From an uncultured virus (IMG/VR IMGVR_UViG_3300020045_012925) (taxonomy: Duplodnaviria; Heunggongvirae; Uroviricota; Caudoviricetes), in IMG/VR virus record IMGVR_UViG_3300020045_012925: a stretch of 64,000 nt of DNA; one strand, written 5' to 3'. The notes under the pieces are model-generated. The model did not search any database, was not told the DNA's origin, and worked only from the letters and a program-made list of their open reading frames with translations. Positions 9,553 through 20,179 of the stretch are shown in pieces. How positions within the stretch are numbered: position 1 is the first letter of the stretch; every line of letters begins with the position of its first letter. The position numbers and the translations under genes are program-made.

Positions 9553-12500
9553 ATGGCGTTATATGATTATGAAAGGCAACAATATCAACAGCCCAGAAAA
9601 CCAGTATCAAATGATGAATTATTTCGTCAAATGCAAGCCCAGGCTTTTGATAATCAGAATACATCTCAACCAGTTGAAGAAAGTTCTGGATTAAGACGCT
9701 TCGTTGGTGATCCATTAGTATCTCTTGGGCGTGGAGTTATTGGTGCTGGTGAAGGTTTTGTTGGGCTGGCAAATATTCCTACTGCTGGATATGCGGGAAA
9801 AGCATTAACAGATTTAACAGGCTATGATCCTGCAGAAGCAAAAAGAAGTTTAGCTACACTTTATACACCTGAACAACAGCAAGCATTTCAAGAAGTAGAA
9901 GCTGCTGAAGGATTCTTGCCTACATTAAAATCAAGGGTTCAAAACCCAAGTACTATTGCCCATACTGTCATAGAGTCTGTACCAAGTATGATAGGTGGCA
10001 GTTTGATTGGGCGTAAAGCTTTACAATATGCCCCTGGTATTGCTACAGCATTAGGTTCAAGAGCTGGTATGTTAGCTGGTGCTGCTGGAGAAGGCGCGAT
10101 GACAGCTGGTCAAATTGCAGAAACAGCCAGACAGCAATCTGATGATGGGTTGATAAATTTTAAACAAGCCGGACAAGCTGTAGCTGGAGGTATTGGTACA
10201 GGCGCTCTTGGTGTAGTTGGAAATGCTTTAGGTGGTAAACTTGCGAATAAGTTGGGTGTTGATATTACTGATATTGACACAGCTTTGGTTACAGGTAAAT
10301 TAGCTTCAAGTGGAAATATTGGTAAGCGCTTAATAGCTGGCGGAATATCTGAAGGTGTTTTTGAAGAATTACCTCAGTCTGTCCAAGAACAGATATGGAC
10401 GAATGCTGCGACAGGCAAAGATTTATATGAAGGCGTACAAGAAGCCGCTGCAACGGGATTATTGACAGGCGCTGCAATGGGTGCTGGAGCTAATGTTTTT
10501 AGTAACCAAAATATTGAGGATACAAAAAAGGAAGAAGTTAAACCCCCAAGAGAACAATTACTTAATGTTGATAAACAAATTTTTGATTTAGAACAAAATA
10601 CGCAGACTCCAGAATCACAGCAAACTCTTAATACTTTGTATGGTCAAAGAGATGAGTTATTAAAAAATATCAGGGGAATAACTGATACTCTTGTTACAAA
10701 ATATGAACAACCTTTATCAGATGATATAGATACCATATCCAGGCAGATAACTAATTTAGAAGCTTCTGGCAGAGATACGGTTGGTACGAAAGAGTTGCTG
10801 CAAGATCTTTATAGACAAAAAAAATTTTTAGCTAAACGAATTGAAGATGCTCCTTGGATAGAGACGGAAAGAGAAATTGAAAGACAGCAACGAGTTAGGG
10901 ATTATCAAAATAAACTTAAATCTATTGAATCCGATGAAACACTTAATGAAGAAGATAAAACTAATCAGATTAACTTATTAACTCAGCAGTATCAACAAGA
11001 TTATAAGCCAAGAGATTTTGCAACTGAAGCCAGAAAGACAATGCAAAAATCTGTTGAAAAATTAACAACTGGAACATTTATCCCAGCTGATCAAAATGAA
11101 CTTGATATGGCTATGGATGATTTAATGGCTCAATATGAAGAGCTTGCCAGAGAAGAAGAGGATATCAAGAAATCCGAAGAAATCATAAATAATCAAAAAC
11201 GCGTTCTTGGATTGTCTAAGCAAGTTGATATCTTGAAAGAAATTCAGCCTTTAAAAGATCGGGCTAAAGTTGAAAATATTTTCAATGTTCTAAGGATAAA
11301 AGAAAACCAAACAGATTTAACAGAACAAGAGAAAAAGACTTTAACGACTGCTAAGGCAAAATTAACTAAAGATAATAATCGAATTGAAAAGATTGCAAAA
11401 TTAAATCAAGAAATGTCTCAATTGTTTACTGATACTGATGAGACACTTATGGGGAGATTTCAGCGAGATTTTGATATACAGCGCCAGGAAAGTCAAGAAC
11501 AACAAGAATATAAGAATACGTTATATGATAATGCTATAAATTTTGTTACATCTCAAAATAAGATTAGTCCTCGTGGATTAATGGGACAGTTCGATTTGAC
11601 ATATCCTGAAGCTCAAGAACTTCTTAAAAACATGGAAGCTGAAGGAATTGTTGGACAATCTGGTAAGGCGAATATTAGAAATGTTAATAAGGTTTCAGAA
11701 GTGCGTTCAAATATTGAACATCCATTAGTAAATCAGATTACTGAACAGGAACAACCAATATTAGAAGAACAACCAATACAGTCAATACAACAAACTCCGT
11801 CAGTACAACCAGATATGCAAGGACAACAAATTGTCCAAGATGTTCCTGAGATGTCAAATGAAAAAAGTACGTTCACAGATGAACAGCCAGTAGAACAAAT
11901 AGTAAATCAACAACAGGAACAACCAATAGAACAAACAATAAATACTAAACAACCTCAAATCACTAAGCCAATAAAATCTGTTGAAGATTTCCAGACTGTT
12001 GAAGATCCATTAATCGCTGTACAAGAAGATATCCAGGCACGTCAAGATAATATTAGTGCATTAAAAGAAGAGCTTGAAGCTAATAAGCTTGAGCAATCCA
12101 GAATGGATATAAATGATCCTATGCTGGAAGAATTAAAGCTTGATGAACAAGCGATTAATGAGCAAATAAAAGAAGCTAATCGAGAGTTATTAATTACCAG
12201 ACTTACTCAGGGCAAAGGAAAGTTTCAAATAACTTATCATGGAACTCCACATCAATGGCAGCCTGAATTAGGCTTTCCTAATGGCCGTCCAAGATTAGAT
12301 AAGATTGGTACTGGAGAAGGTGCAGCTGCTTTTGGTCACGGCTGGTATTCTGCAGAAGTTTCAGAAACAGCTGAAAGTTATAAAACTTCAAATGAATCAA
12401 ACTTAATCAGTAGAATTGCTAATATATCTGATGTTTATGGAAATCCTACAAAAGGAAATGAAAAATCTCATGCAGAATTAACAAAACAACTTGAAAATTT

Positions 12501-15500
12501 ACCTGATTCAGGAGCACTTTATAAACTCGATATTCCAGATGAAACTATTCCAAAATTACTCGAATGGGACAAACCTATTTCAGAACAAAGTGAATATGTT
12601 AAATCTGCACTTAAAAAATTAGTATCTGATAAAGATTTTATTTCTTCTTTACGCCAAGATCGCGGATCACGTCCTGATTTTATAACAGGCGTTATGGGTA
12701 TTTCAGATGAACAGTTTCAAAACAAATATATCGCCAAAGGATATTCATTTAAAAATGGTGATATGTATAATCGTAAAGGGGATAAGTTACCTAAAATAGC
12801 TGTAGAGCAACAAAGAATGCTTGATGAAGAAAGTCAAGTATATCGTGATATGGGTCATATGTATCGTGATTTAGCTCATATGCTTGGTTCTGATGTTGCA
12901 GCATCAAATGCTTTATTAAATGTAGGGATTCCTGGGAATAAATATTTTGATGGTATGAGCCGAGCTGATGGTAAAGGAAGTTATAATTATGTAATCTGGG
13001 ATCAAAATGTACTTGATAAAATAGCCTTACTTGAACGTAATGGTGAAAAGATTAAAGCTATCCAAAAACAATATGAAACCAGAAATAAGCAAGAACCAAC
13101 CAAAGGCATTTCCTTATCAGACATTAAGAAGAACTTTAAAACTGAAGAAGTCTCCCAGGATGAAAATGGCATTATATCTGTAAAATTCAAAAATGGTAAA
13201 GGCATAACTTTTAATAGTGTTCAAGATGTCGGGAATGGCTTTATCCAGTTTGCCATAAATACTGGGCAGTTATCAAAAAATGGTAAGATCCTTGGAATTA
13301 CAACAGGAAGCAATGTTTTATTAGACAAAGATTTTGCAGATAACAAAACTGTATGGCATGAAACATTTCATGTATTTAAAAATCTTAACATGATAAATGA
13401 TGCTGAGTATAGCCATTTAGTTAAGGACTTTAATAAATTACGCAAAGCAGGCAAGTTACAATTTTCCTTAAGTACTCATGAAGATCCGATGGCAGCTTTG
13501 GAAGAAAACTTAGCTAACAGCTTTGCTCAAGTTATGACAAGTAGAGAGGATTATAGAAACACTGCACTTGGTAAAATGATCCAAAGAATAATGGATTTTA
13601 TGAAGAAGATGTTTTCTTTTGGGCAGCAATCATTATCTGGTTTTGCCAAAGAAGTTGAAATAGGAAAGATTTATAACAGAGAAATAAGTGATTTAGAAAC
13701 CGATACAGCTATGCCGAACTTCCAGTCCATTGGAAATACAAATTCAGAAGAATTCAAAAATTGGTTTGGTAAATCAGCAGCTAAAACAAAAGCAGGAGAA
13801 CCTGTAGTTTTTTATCACGGAACACCGAATAACTTTACTGTATTTGAAAACCGTCCTGGACAATCAACTTTACATGCAACATCAGGATTAGGTCACTTCT
13901 TCACTATGGACAAAAACTATGCTGAAGCATATTCCAAAGAAACTGGAAATGTAATGCCAGTTTATCTTAAAATGGAAAAGCCATACAAGATGTCTTTGGA
14001 AGAAGCTCAGTCATATGAAACCGTATTAGATGCGAAAGTTGCACAGAGATTGTTAAAGCGTAAAGGTTATGATTCTGTAATTATTCCTATTCCAGGATCT
14101 CAGCCAATGATTACAATTTTTAACTCTAACCAGATTAAATCTATCAACAATCAAGGTACGTGGGATATAAATAATCCTGATATAAGATTTGAGGTGCGTG
14201 AAAAATTAGGTATTCCCGAACAAGATATTCCTCAAGCTGAATATGATAAAATGCGCCAAGAAAACCGAGACCTAATTGGAAAGACAAAACAATTTTTGCG
14301 TTCCAAAGGACATGAAGTTAACCGAGAAATGAATAAATATCTCGGTGTGACTTCAACTAACTTGGCAAAAATCCATCCTATGTTGCGCGCTAAAGTAAGA
14401 CGGCTTGACTTTGATACATTACAAAGAATTCATGCAAACCTAAATATTGCTTTACCAGTATTAGAAGCTGTTAATAAAATGTCTTCTAATGAAAGATCAG
14501 ATTTTGATTGGGCAGTTAAGAATGGCGATTCAGGAAAGATTCTAAGCTTGACTGGCAAGTATAATTTTACTGAACAATATAATGCCTTAAGAGCTATGTT
14601 AGATCAGACACATGAAGATTTAAAAGATGTAGGATATAAGCCTGGTTTTGTAGATACTTATTGGCCAAGATTAATGAAAGATCGCGAAGGTTTCTTACAA
14701 GCAACTCGTGAGATATCTCGTGATCCAGTATTCACTCAAGCCTTGCAAGAGAAAGCAAGTAAGTTAGATAAAACTATTGAGCAGCTTGATCCAGATGTGC
14801 GGGCAGATATTATTGCACAAAAAATAATGGAAATAAAATCCGGCATGGGTGGACCTGCTAATATTCAAGGCAGAATCTTTGATAAGATCCCAATAGATTT
14901 GGGTAAATATTACATGGATAGTAGCGCAGCCTTGGTACAATACATATATTCAACAACTAAAAATATTGAAGCAAGAAAGTTCTTTGGTAAAGTTCCAACT
15001 AAGATTTCTAACGCGAAAAGTATTGTTCGTCAAAATAATGATAAATTAAATAAATTGCAAAACACAGCTGGTTTATTAGCCAGTCAAGATAGAGATACAA
15101 CAGATATTGATTTGCAAATAAAAGAAGTTAAAGATAACATTAAATTGCATGAAAAGGTAATTGAAGAATACGGCCAGACCAGAGACTTTACGGATAATAT
15201 TGGATCTTATATTGATGAAATTCGTGCGAGTCAATTGATTCCAGAAAAGAAGTTTCAAGAAAATGAAGGAATATTAAAAGATATTCTTAGTGCAAGATTT
15301 CATGAACGCGGAACATCTGGTATAGCCAACATTTATAAGAATGTATCTTTATTGGATACTATGGGATCACCATTATCAGCATTTACGCAGATCCAAGATC
15401 TTGGTTGGTCAATCTATGTTGGAGGACTTACTCCAAGAGGAATAACAAATACTGTTAAGAATATTGGAAAAGCTATAGCCAAACGATCAGATATTACTAA

Positions 15501-16590
15501 AGAAGATTTGGGACTCGAATGGATTGCTCAAGAATTCGCTGATGCTGATACATTAAGTTCTATAGTTAACAAAACATTTAAACTTATCGGATTGAATTAT
15601 GTAGACTCTATTGGTAAGGAATCATTAATTAATAATGCATATGATAATTATAGAGTTAAAGCAAAAGATAAGCCTAAATTATTTAAAGAAATCCGGCATA
15701 TGTTTAATTCTGATAAAGAAACAAATCAAGTAATAGAAGATTTACAAAATAATGTTAGAGATTCAAAAGATGTTCAGTTCTTAACATTTAGTAGGTTATT
15801 AGATTTTCAGCCTGCAGCAAAATCAGAAATGCCTGAAAAGATGTTAACTGCCGGGAATTGGAGATTGGCATACTTGTTGAAGACCTTTACCATAAAACAG
15901 TTTGATGTATTTAGGAATGAAGTATGGCATAAGCTTAAATCTGGAGATAAGGGTCAAGTTATTGAAGGATTACGAAATATGGCTTACTTAACAAGTATAA
16001 TGACCTTAGCAGGTGCTGGCGCAGATGAGTTGAAAGACTTCATATTAGGGAAAGAAACCAGATTTGAAGATCATGTAATAGAGAACTTTTTAACATTAGG
16101 TGGAGCTAATAGATATATTAGGATGCAGGTAAATCGTGAAGGCATAGGTACAGCTTTAGGCAAACAGGTATTACCTCCATTTAAATTTATCGATAACATT
16201 TATAAAGATATTTCACAAGATGTAACTGATTTACATTCAGCGAGATTTGTTGATTCAATACCAGTTGTTGGTAAACTTTATTACTGGCACTTAGGTAGAG
16301 GTGCAGAAACTAAAGAAAGTATTGCTGAACAAGATTTTAAGAAACTTGGAAAAGATGTTAGAGAATTCAAGAAGAGGCTGGAAAATAATACGGATAAACG
16401 TTCATTTGTACAGGCTAACATATCGGAATATAGGCAAATGAAGAGACATGAAAATGTTCAGGGAAATCTAAATAAATATACATCTTTAATTAATAAGTTG
16501 AAAAAAGTTCCTCAGACAGAAAATGTTAAACGTAGAATAAATCAATTGGAAGATCGGAAAGAACAGATAATGACGAGATATTTTATGTAA
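9553..16590 (+). CDS. Giant internal virion (ejection) polyvalent protein with FtsK-gamma-like, two ART-like and a HExxH metallopeptidase-like domain
   Basis: 2345 aa; G/A-rich N-terminus; LYDNAINFV..MEAEGIVG (FtsK-gamma-like); YHGTP..IGTGEGAAAFGHGWY; WHETFH; FKNWFG..VFYHGT..GHFFT..VMPVYL..GYDSV..QIKS..PDIRF (ART-PolyVal-like). Confidence 0.75.
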   Translation: MALYDYERQQYQQPRKPVSNDELFRQMQAQAFDNQNTSQPVEESSGLRRFVGDPLVSLGRGVIGAGEGFVGLANIPTAGYAGKALTDLTGYDPAEAKRSLATLYTPEQQQAFQEVEAAEGFLPTLKSRVQNPSTIAHTVIESVPSMIGGSLIGRKALQYAPGIATALGSRAGMLAGAAGEGAMTAGQIAETARQQSDDGLINFKQAGQAVAGGIGTGALGVVGNALGGKLANKLGVDITDIDTALVTGKLASSGNIGKRLIAGGISEGVFEELPQSVQEQIWTNAATGKDLYEGVQEAAATGLLTGAAMGAGANVFSNQNIEDTKKEEVKPPREQLLNVDKQIFDLEQNTQTPESQQTLNTLYGQRDELLKNIRGITDTLVTKYEQPLSDDIDTISRQITNLEASGRDTVGTKELLQDLYRQKKFLAKRIEDAPWIETEREIERQQRVRDYQNKLKSIESDETLNEEDKTNQINLLTQQYQQDYKPRDFATEARKTMQKSVEKLTTGTFIPADQNELDMAMDDLMAQYEELAREEEDIKKSEEIINNQKRVLGLSKQVDILKEIQPLKDRAKVENIFNVLRIKENQTDLTEQEKKTLTTAKAKLTKDNNRIEKIAKLNQEMSQLFTDTDETLMGRFQRDFDIQRQESQEQQEYKNTLYDNAINFVTSQNKISPRGLMGQFDLTYPEAQELLKNMEAEGIVGQSGKANIRNVNKVSEVRSNIEHPLVNQITEQEQPILEEQPIQSIQQTPSVQPDMQGQQIVQDVPEMSNEKSTFTDEQPVEQIVNQQQEQPIEQTINTKQPQITKPIKSVEDFQTVEDPLIAVQEDIQARQDNISALKEELEANKLEQSRMDINDPMLEELKLDEQAINEQIKEANRELLITRLTQGKGKFQITYHGTPHQWQPELGFPNGRPRLDKIGTGEGAAAFGHGWYSAEVSETAESYKTSNESNLISRIANISDVYGNPTKGNEKSHAELTKQLENLPDSGALYKLDIPDETIPKLLEWDKPISEQSEYVKSALKKLVSDKDFISSLRQDRGSRPDFITGVMGISDEQFQNKYIAKGYSFKNGDMYNRKGDKLPKIAVEQQRMLDEESQVYRDMGHMYRDLAHMLGSDVAASNALLNVGIPGNKYFDGMSRADGKGSYNYVIWDQNVLDKIALLERNGEKIKAIQKQYETRNKQEPTKGISLSDIKKNFKTEEVSQDENGIISVKFKNGKGITFNSVQDVGNGFIQFAINTGQLSKNGKILGITTGSNVLLDKDFADNKTVWHETFHVFKNLNMINDAEYSHLVKDFNKLRKAGKLQFSLSTHEDPMAALEENLANSFAQVMTSREDYRNTALGKMIQRIMDFMKKMFSFGQQSLSGFAKEVEIGKIYNREISDLETDTAMPNFQSIGNTNSEEFKNWFGKSAAKTKAGEPVVFYHGTPNNFTVFENRPGQSTLHATSGLGHFFTMDKNYAEAYSKETGNVMPVYLKMEKPYKMSLEEAQSYETVLDAKVAQRLLKRKGYDSVIIPIPGSQPMITIFNSNQIKSINNQGTWDINNPDIRFEVREKLGIPEQDIPQAEYDKMRQENRDLIGKTKQFLRSKGHEVNREMNKYLGVTSTNLAKIHPMLRAKVRRLDFDTLQRIHANLNIALPVLEAVNKMSSNERSDFDWAVKNGDSGKILSLTGKYNFTEQYNALRAMLDQTHEDLKDVGYKPGFVDTYWPRLMKDREGFLQATREISRDPVFTQALQEKASKLDKTIEQLDPDVRADIIAQKIMEIKSGMGGPANIQGRIFDKIPIDLGKYYMDSSAALVQYIYSTTKNIEARKFFGKVPTKISNAKSIVRQNNDKLNKLQNTAGLLASQDRDTTDIDLQIKEVKDNIKLHEKVIEEYGQTRDFTDNIGSYIDEIRASQLIPEKKFQENEGILKDILSARFHERGTSGIANIYKNVSLLDTMGSPLSAFTQIQDLGWSIYVGGLTPRGITNTVKNIGKAIAKRSDITKEDLGLEWIAQEFADADTLSSIVNKTFKLIGLNYVDSIGKESLINNAYDNYRVKAKDKPKLFKEIRHMFNSDKETNQVIEDLQNNVRDSKDVQFLTFSRLLDFQPAAKSEMPEKMLTAGNWRLAYLLKTFTIKQFDVFRNEVWHKLKSGDKGQVIEGLRNMAYLTSIMTLAGAGADELKDFILGKETRFEDHVIENFLTLGGANRYIRMQVNREGIGTALGKQVLPPFKFIDNIYKDISQDVTDLHSARFVDSIPVVGKLYYWHLGRGAETKESIAEQDFKKLGKDVREFKKRLENNTDKRSFVQANISEYRQMKRHENVQGNLNKYTSLINKLKKVPQTENVKRRINQLEDRKEQIMTRYFM

Positions 16591-16611
16591 CCTTATTTGG
16601 GAGAAATTATA

Positions 16612-16932
16612 ATGGCAAAAAATCTACATGTTAGAAATGGTAAAGATGGTTATGAATACACGGAAGTTATTGGAGACGGGAATAATGGGGAGACAATATT
16701 AATTCCTCCAGGCAAGGATAATGTTACGTGTACAATTATTGCCGGAGCTAATTCAGGTAAGTTTCAGTTCACTACTTCAACAGATGCAAAGGTGCTGGAT
16801 GGTACTGCAACTTGGATAGATTGGTCTAAAGGAGAAGTAACCGGTACTGATTATGACGTTCTGAACGGACCTGTTACAGCATTAAGGGGAGTAAGTACGT
16901 CAGGTGCAATCACAATTGAAGTTGTGAGGTAA
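16612..16932 (+). CDS. Hypothetical virion protein
   Basis: ATG at 16612 with GGGAG RBS; beta-rich 106 aa. Confidence 0.45.
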   Translation: MAKNLHVRNGKDGYEYTEVIGDGNNGETILIPPGKDNVTCTIIAGANSGKFQFTTSTDAKVLDGTATWIDWSKGEVTGTDYDVLNGPVTALRGVSTSGAITIEVVR

Positions 16933-16933
16933 T

Positions 16934-17920
16934 ATGGGATTATGGCAAAGCGAAAAAGATTCAAACAGACAAGGGTTTATTGGTTTGTGGGCAAGTAGTG
17001 ATGAGCTAAATCCTGTTTTCAAGATACCTCTTATAACTTCACCAGCTTCTGTTCCTTCTGGTCTTGTGTCAACTTTTGCAAGAAACAGCACAGCAACTTA
17101 CATAGATAAAGATGGCATCTTGCAGACTGCTGGGATTAATGTTCCGCGATTCCAGAACGGTAGGTACTTGTGCGAGCCTGCTGCTACTAACCGATTTCTT
17201 CAATCAGGAGCTCCTGCAACACAGGCGATTACTGTGGTATCTGGTACTGTTTATACAGTTCAATGCTATGGTTCTGGAAGTATCACTTTGTCAGGAGCAG
17301 GGACAGGATCAGTAGTTGAAGGTGCTCCTGTAACTTTCACAGCTTCAAGTACTTCTCTGACTTGTACTGTATCTGGAAGCCTAAATAGATCGCAAGTAGA
17401 AACCGGAACAAAAGCAACATCTTACATCCCAACAACATCAGCTCCTGTAACAAGAGCGGCTGATTCCTTGCATTACACTGTAGGGAGTGACATAACACAA
17501 GGACAAGGTAGCTTGTATTGTGAGTTTGTTAGCAGTATCAGTGCAATATCATCAATTGTCTTAAGTCTATCTGACAATACATATAATAATCGTATGTACA
17601 TCTTTATTAGTGATACTCAGCAAATTAGATTGGTTGGGTCTGTAGGTGGCGCGTCAACCTTAAATATTGATACGGAAATAACTAATAATGAATCATTGAA
17701 AAAGATATTGATTTGCTATGATGATAATAATGTAAGTTTGTATATAGACGGGGCTTTAGCTGGTACAGACACTTCTCACATAATACCAACTAATTACTCT
17801 AAATTATCAATCGGATGTTCACACGTTAATACTTACCAACGAAGAAGTGAGATAGGAAACATCAAGTATTTCAAAGAAGTCCTAACATCAGCAGAAGCAA
17901 TAAAAATCACAACACTTTAG
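16934..17920 (+). CDS. Head/tail spike-fibre protein with C-terminal LamG/ConA-like domain
   Basis: 'TFARNSTATYIDKDGILQTAGINVPRF' and 'QVETGTKATSYIPTTSAPVTRAAD' fibre motifs; 'VSLYIDG' lectin-like C-terminus. Confidence 0.7.
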   Translation: MGLWQSEKDSNRQGFIGLWASSDELNPVFKIPLITSPASVPSGLVSTFARNSTATYIDKDGILQTAGINVPRFQNGRYLCEPAATNRFLQSGAPATQAITVVSGTVYTVQCYGSGSITLSGAGTGSVVEGAPVTFTASSTSLTCTVSGSLNRSQVETGTKATSYIPTTSAPVTRAADSLHYTVGSDITQGQGSLYCEFVSSISAISSIVLSLSDNTYNNRMYIFISDTQQIRLVGSVGGASTLNIDTEITNNESLKKILICYDDNNVSLYIDGALAGTDTSHIIPTNYSKLSIGCSHVNTYQRRSEIGNIKYFKEVLTSAEAIKITTL

Positions 17921-17927
17921 GAGGAAT

Positions 17928-18332
17928 ATGAGAGTCCAAGCATACATAGAGTTAGACTTAGAAGATAGAACAGAAGAGCAGGAAGAAGCATTCCAGGCTT
18001 TCTGCTCACATTACCTCCTGAGTCAGTATCTGATAGGAAGCAAAGAGGGCAGAGAGTACTATCACTGCATACTGGTAGATGCAGATAACATCCCTGAAAT
18101 GGTGTCATTGATGTCAGCCAGGCGCCCTATTGTAAATGGATGCTGGGATGTTAACGGCAACGTGTATAACGCAGTACAGTATACGTTTGACCTTGATTTG
18201 CATTTACTCCATACACCACCAGAGCAATCTGTTACGATTGTTAATTGTGAAGAGATAATAACTGAAACAGAAGTTACAGAGTTCCGTGCAATGCACGGTT
18301 ATGCTGGCTGGTCTTTACCAATTGAATATTAA
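17928..18332 (+). CDS. Hypothetical protein (possible fibre chaperone)
   Basis: 134 aa, strong AGGAGG RBS, follows fibre gene. Confidence 0.4.
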   Translation: MRVQAYIELDLEDRTEEQEEAFQAFCSHYLLSQYLIGSKEGREYYHCILVDADNIPEMVSLMSARRPIVNGCWDVNGNVYNAVQYTFDLDLHLLHTPPEQSVTIVNCEEIITETEVTEFRAMHGYAGWSLPIEY

Positions 18333-18351
18333 CTCCAAGGATAATTAACAC

Positions 18352-18672
18352 ATGACTGATCATGATGCAATACTTGAAAGTCAGAAATATCAAGAAAAGA
18401 TACTTGAAAAACAGAGCGTCCAGTTGGAAAATATTGAAAAATCTCTTGTAGCACTTGCAATTCAGGGAAAAGATATTGTACATATTAACGGTCAGATAGA
18501 AGCTATTTGGAAGAAATATGATATTGCTTTTGGTCCAGATGGAACAATTTCAAAATTACAAATCTGCGCTGCAAATTGTCCTAAAGATGAACTTGAAAAA
18601 ACCTTATCCAGGCAATGGGTTGTAATTTTATTTATTCTAACATTAATTGGCGCACTTAAATTATGGGGATAA
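18352..18672 (+). CDS. Putative holin-like membrane protein
   Basis: Coiled coil plus C-terminal TM helix (WVVILFILTLIGAL); directly upstream of lysozyme. Confidence 0.5.
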   Translation: MTDHDAILESQKYQEKILEKQSVQLENIEKSLVALAIQGKDIVHINGQIEAIWKKYDIAFGPDGTISKLQICAANCPKDELEKTLSRQWVVILFILTLIGALKLWG

Positions 18673-18676
18673 ACAA

Positions 18677-19090
18677 ATGGATTTAAAGAAACTTAAGCAG
18701 ATGTTAATCAAACATGAGGGTAAAAAGTTATGGCCTTATAAATGTACTGCGGATAAATTAACTATTGGTATAGGACATAATTTAGATGCTAAAGGGATAT
18801 CTAATGCTGTAGCGGATTTGATGTATGAAGAAGATATTATGGAAGTCATTAATGATTTGCATAAGATATTTGAAAACTTCAACGATCTGCCTGAACAAAT
18901 ACAATTAGTGTTAGCTGATATGAGGTTTCAACTCGGGGATAATGGGTTTAGAAAATTTAATAAGTTAATCAAATCTGTGGAACATAAAGATTGGAAAAAG
19001 ATGAAAATTAATATGGCTAACTCTTTATGGTATAAGCAGACAAATAATCGTGCCAAGGATTTAATTAGTTTAGTTGAGCAGGTTATGTGA
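18677..19090 (+). CDS. Endolysin, GH24 (T4-type) lysozyme
   Basis: HEG-x7-C-x5-TIGIGHN catalytic E/C/T pattern; 'SLWYKQTNNRA'. Confidence 0.85.
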   Translation: MDLKKLKQMLIKHEGKKLWPYKCTADKLTIGIGHNLDAKGISNAVADLMYEEDIMEVINDLHKIFENFNDLPEQIQLVLADMRFQLGDNGFRKFNKLIKSVEHKDWKKMKINMANSLWYKQTNNRAKDLISLVEQVM

Positions 19091-19515
19091 TGGATGATAC
19101 TGTAATTTATATGAAAAGCGTTCCAGGTAAACCTTTATATCGGACATTAACCAGGCCGCTTAAATTAAAAACTATAGATAACAGACAATCAGAAATTCCA
19201 GTCGGGTTTGAGTGGGACGGTAGTAGTTCTGAACTTTTGCCTGAAACAAAATCAAAATTTAAAAGAATATTATTAAGGGTTATAGCTGAGCCATTAAATT
19301 TTTGTATGAGAAGTGTGTTTCCCCGGCACAGGCATCCTATCGCATCTTGTAGACATGATTGGAGATGTTTACACTCAAAGAATTGGAAGGAACGAAAATG
19401 GGCAGACAAGCAATTTGAGATTGACGTAGGTAAAACGTCGTGGTGGATAACAAAGAAGATAGGATATTATGGTGTAAGGATCGGGGCATGGCTGGGAATA
19501 GGAATATATTATTGA
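19087..19515 (+). CDS. DUF1353-like protein
   Basis: IPVGFEWDGSS ... ASCRHDW ... ADKQF motifs. Confidence 0.7.
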   Translation: MMDDTVIYMKSVPGKPLYRTLTRPLKLKTIDNRQSEIPVGFEWDGSSSELLPETKSKFKRILLRVIAEPLNFCMRSVFPRHRHPIASCRHDWRCLHSKNWKERKWADKQFEIDVGKTSWWITKKIGYYGVRIGAWLGIGIYY

Positions 19516-19520
19516 GATAA

Positions 19521-19561
19521 AAAATTAAGGGAGAAAATAATAAGTTCTCCCTTTTAATTTT
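19521..19561. terminator. Bidirectional intrinsic terminator between the converging late and early/middle arms
   Basis: AAGGGAGAA (19527-35) / TTCTCCCTT (19545-53) stem with A and T tracts on both sides. Confidence 0.75.
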
Positions 19562-19591
19562 GTGTTCACCTTGTGAACGAAAGTTAGAAAA

Positions 19592-19870
19592 TTATTTATA
19601 AGGTAAAAATATGCTATCTCGAATATCAGGATGAATTTTAAATTGTTTAAAAAAGTTATTATCTTGAAAAATTACATTAGCTTCTTCAGCTGAAGAGTAT
19701 TCAATAGCTTCATGGGCTACAGTAATATTATCAGGATTGTTAAGAAGAATCTTAAGTGGTTGGCTGTTGCAAAGAGCAGTGTCTACTGTATCCCAACAAG
19801 TATTACTACTTATTTTCCAGTTAACGATCATTCCATTAACTAATAAAACATTTTTATACATCATAGACAT
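19592..19870 (-). CDS. Hypothetical protein
   Basis: 92-aa ORF with AGGA RBS. Confidence 0.45.
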   Translation of the reverse strand: MSMMYKNVLLVNGMIVNWKISSNTCWDTVDTALCNSQPLKILLNNPDNITVAHEAIEYSSAEEANVIFQDNNFFKQFKIHPDIRDSIFLPYK

Positions 19871-19899
19871 AACATTTTTTCCTTTTTAAAATAAATTAG

Positions 19900-20160
19900 T
19901 TAACCAACCATCATCCAGTTGCCATCATTATCTGGGGCAATTATTCTGGCATTTTCATCCAAAAGGAGTTCGTGTTCCAATAACAGGTTTTTAAAGTCTT
20001 GGAATGTATTAGTAATTGGAATGACTTCCCCGGATTGCATAACCACCAAGGTTTGGTTATTTTCATCTTGTTTGACCATCATAATTTTTTGCCAATTCAA
20101 TAATATGGATTTATCCTGATGACCGGCTTGAGTTACATTTGCAGTTAGAAACATTATCAT
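19900..20160 (-). CDS. Hypothetical protein
   Basis: 86-aa ORF with AGGAG RBS. Confidence 0.5.
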   Translation of the reverse strand: MIMFLTANVTQAGHQDKSILLNWQKIMMVKQDENNQTLVVMQSGEVIPITNTFQDFKNLLLEHELLLDENARIIAPDNDGNWMMVG

Positions 20161-20179
20161 AATAGGCTCCTTTGGTTTG

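Noticed and set aside
11871..11884. GTTCA-N4-TGAAC near-site
   Set aside because: Spacer is 4 bp, not counted among the eight sites
9553..16590. N4-like virion RNA polymerase
   Set aside because: No T7-type RNAP motifs recognised; domains match polyvalent ejection proteins
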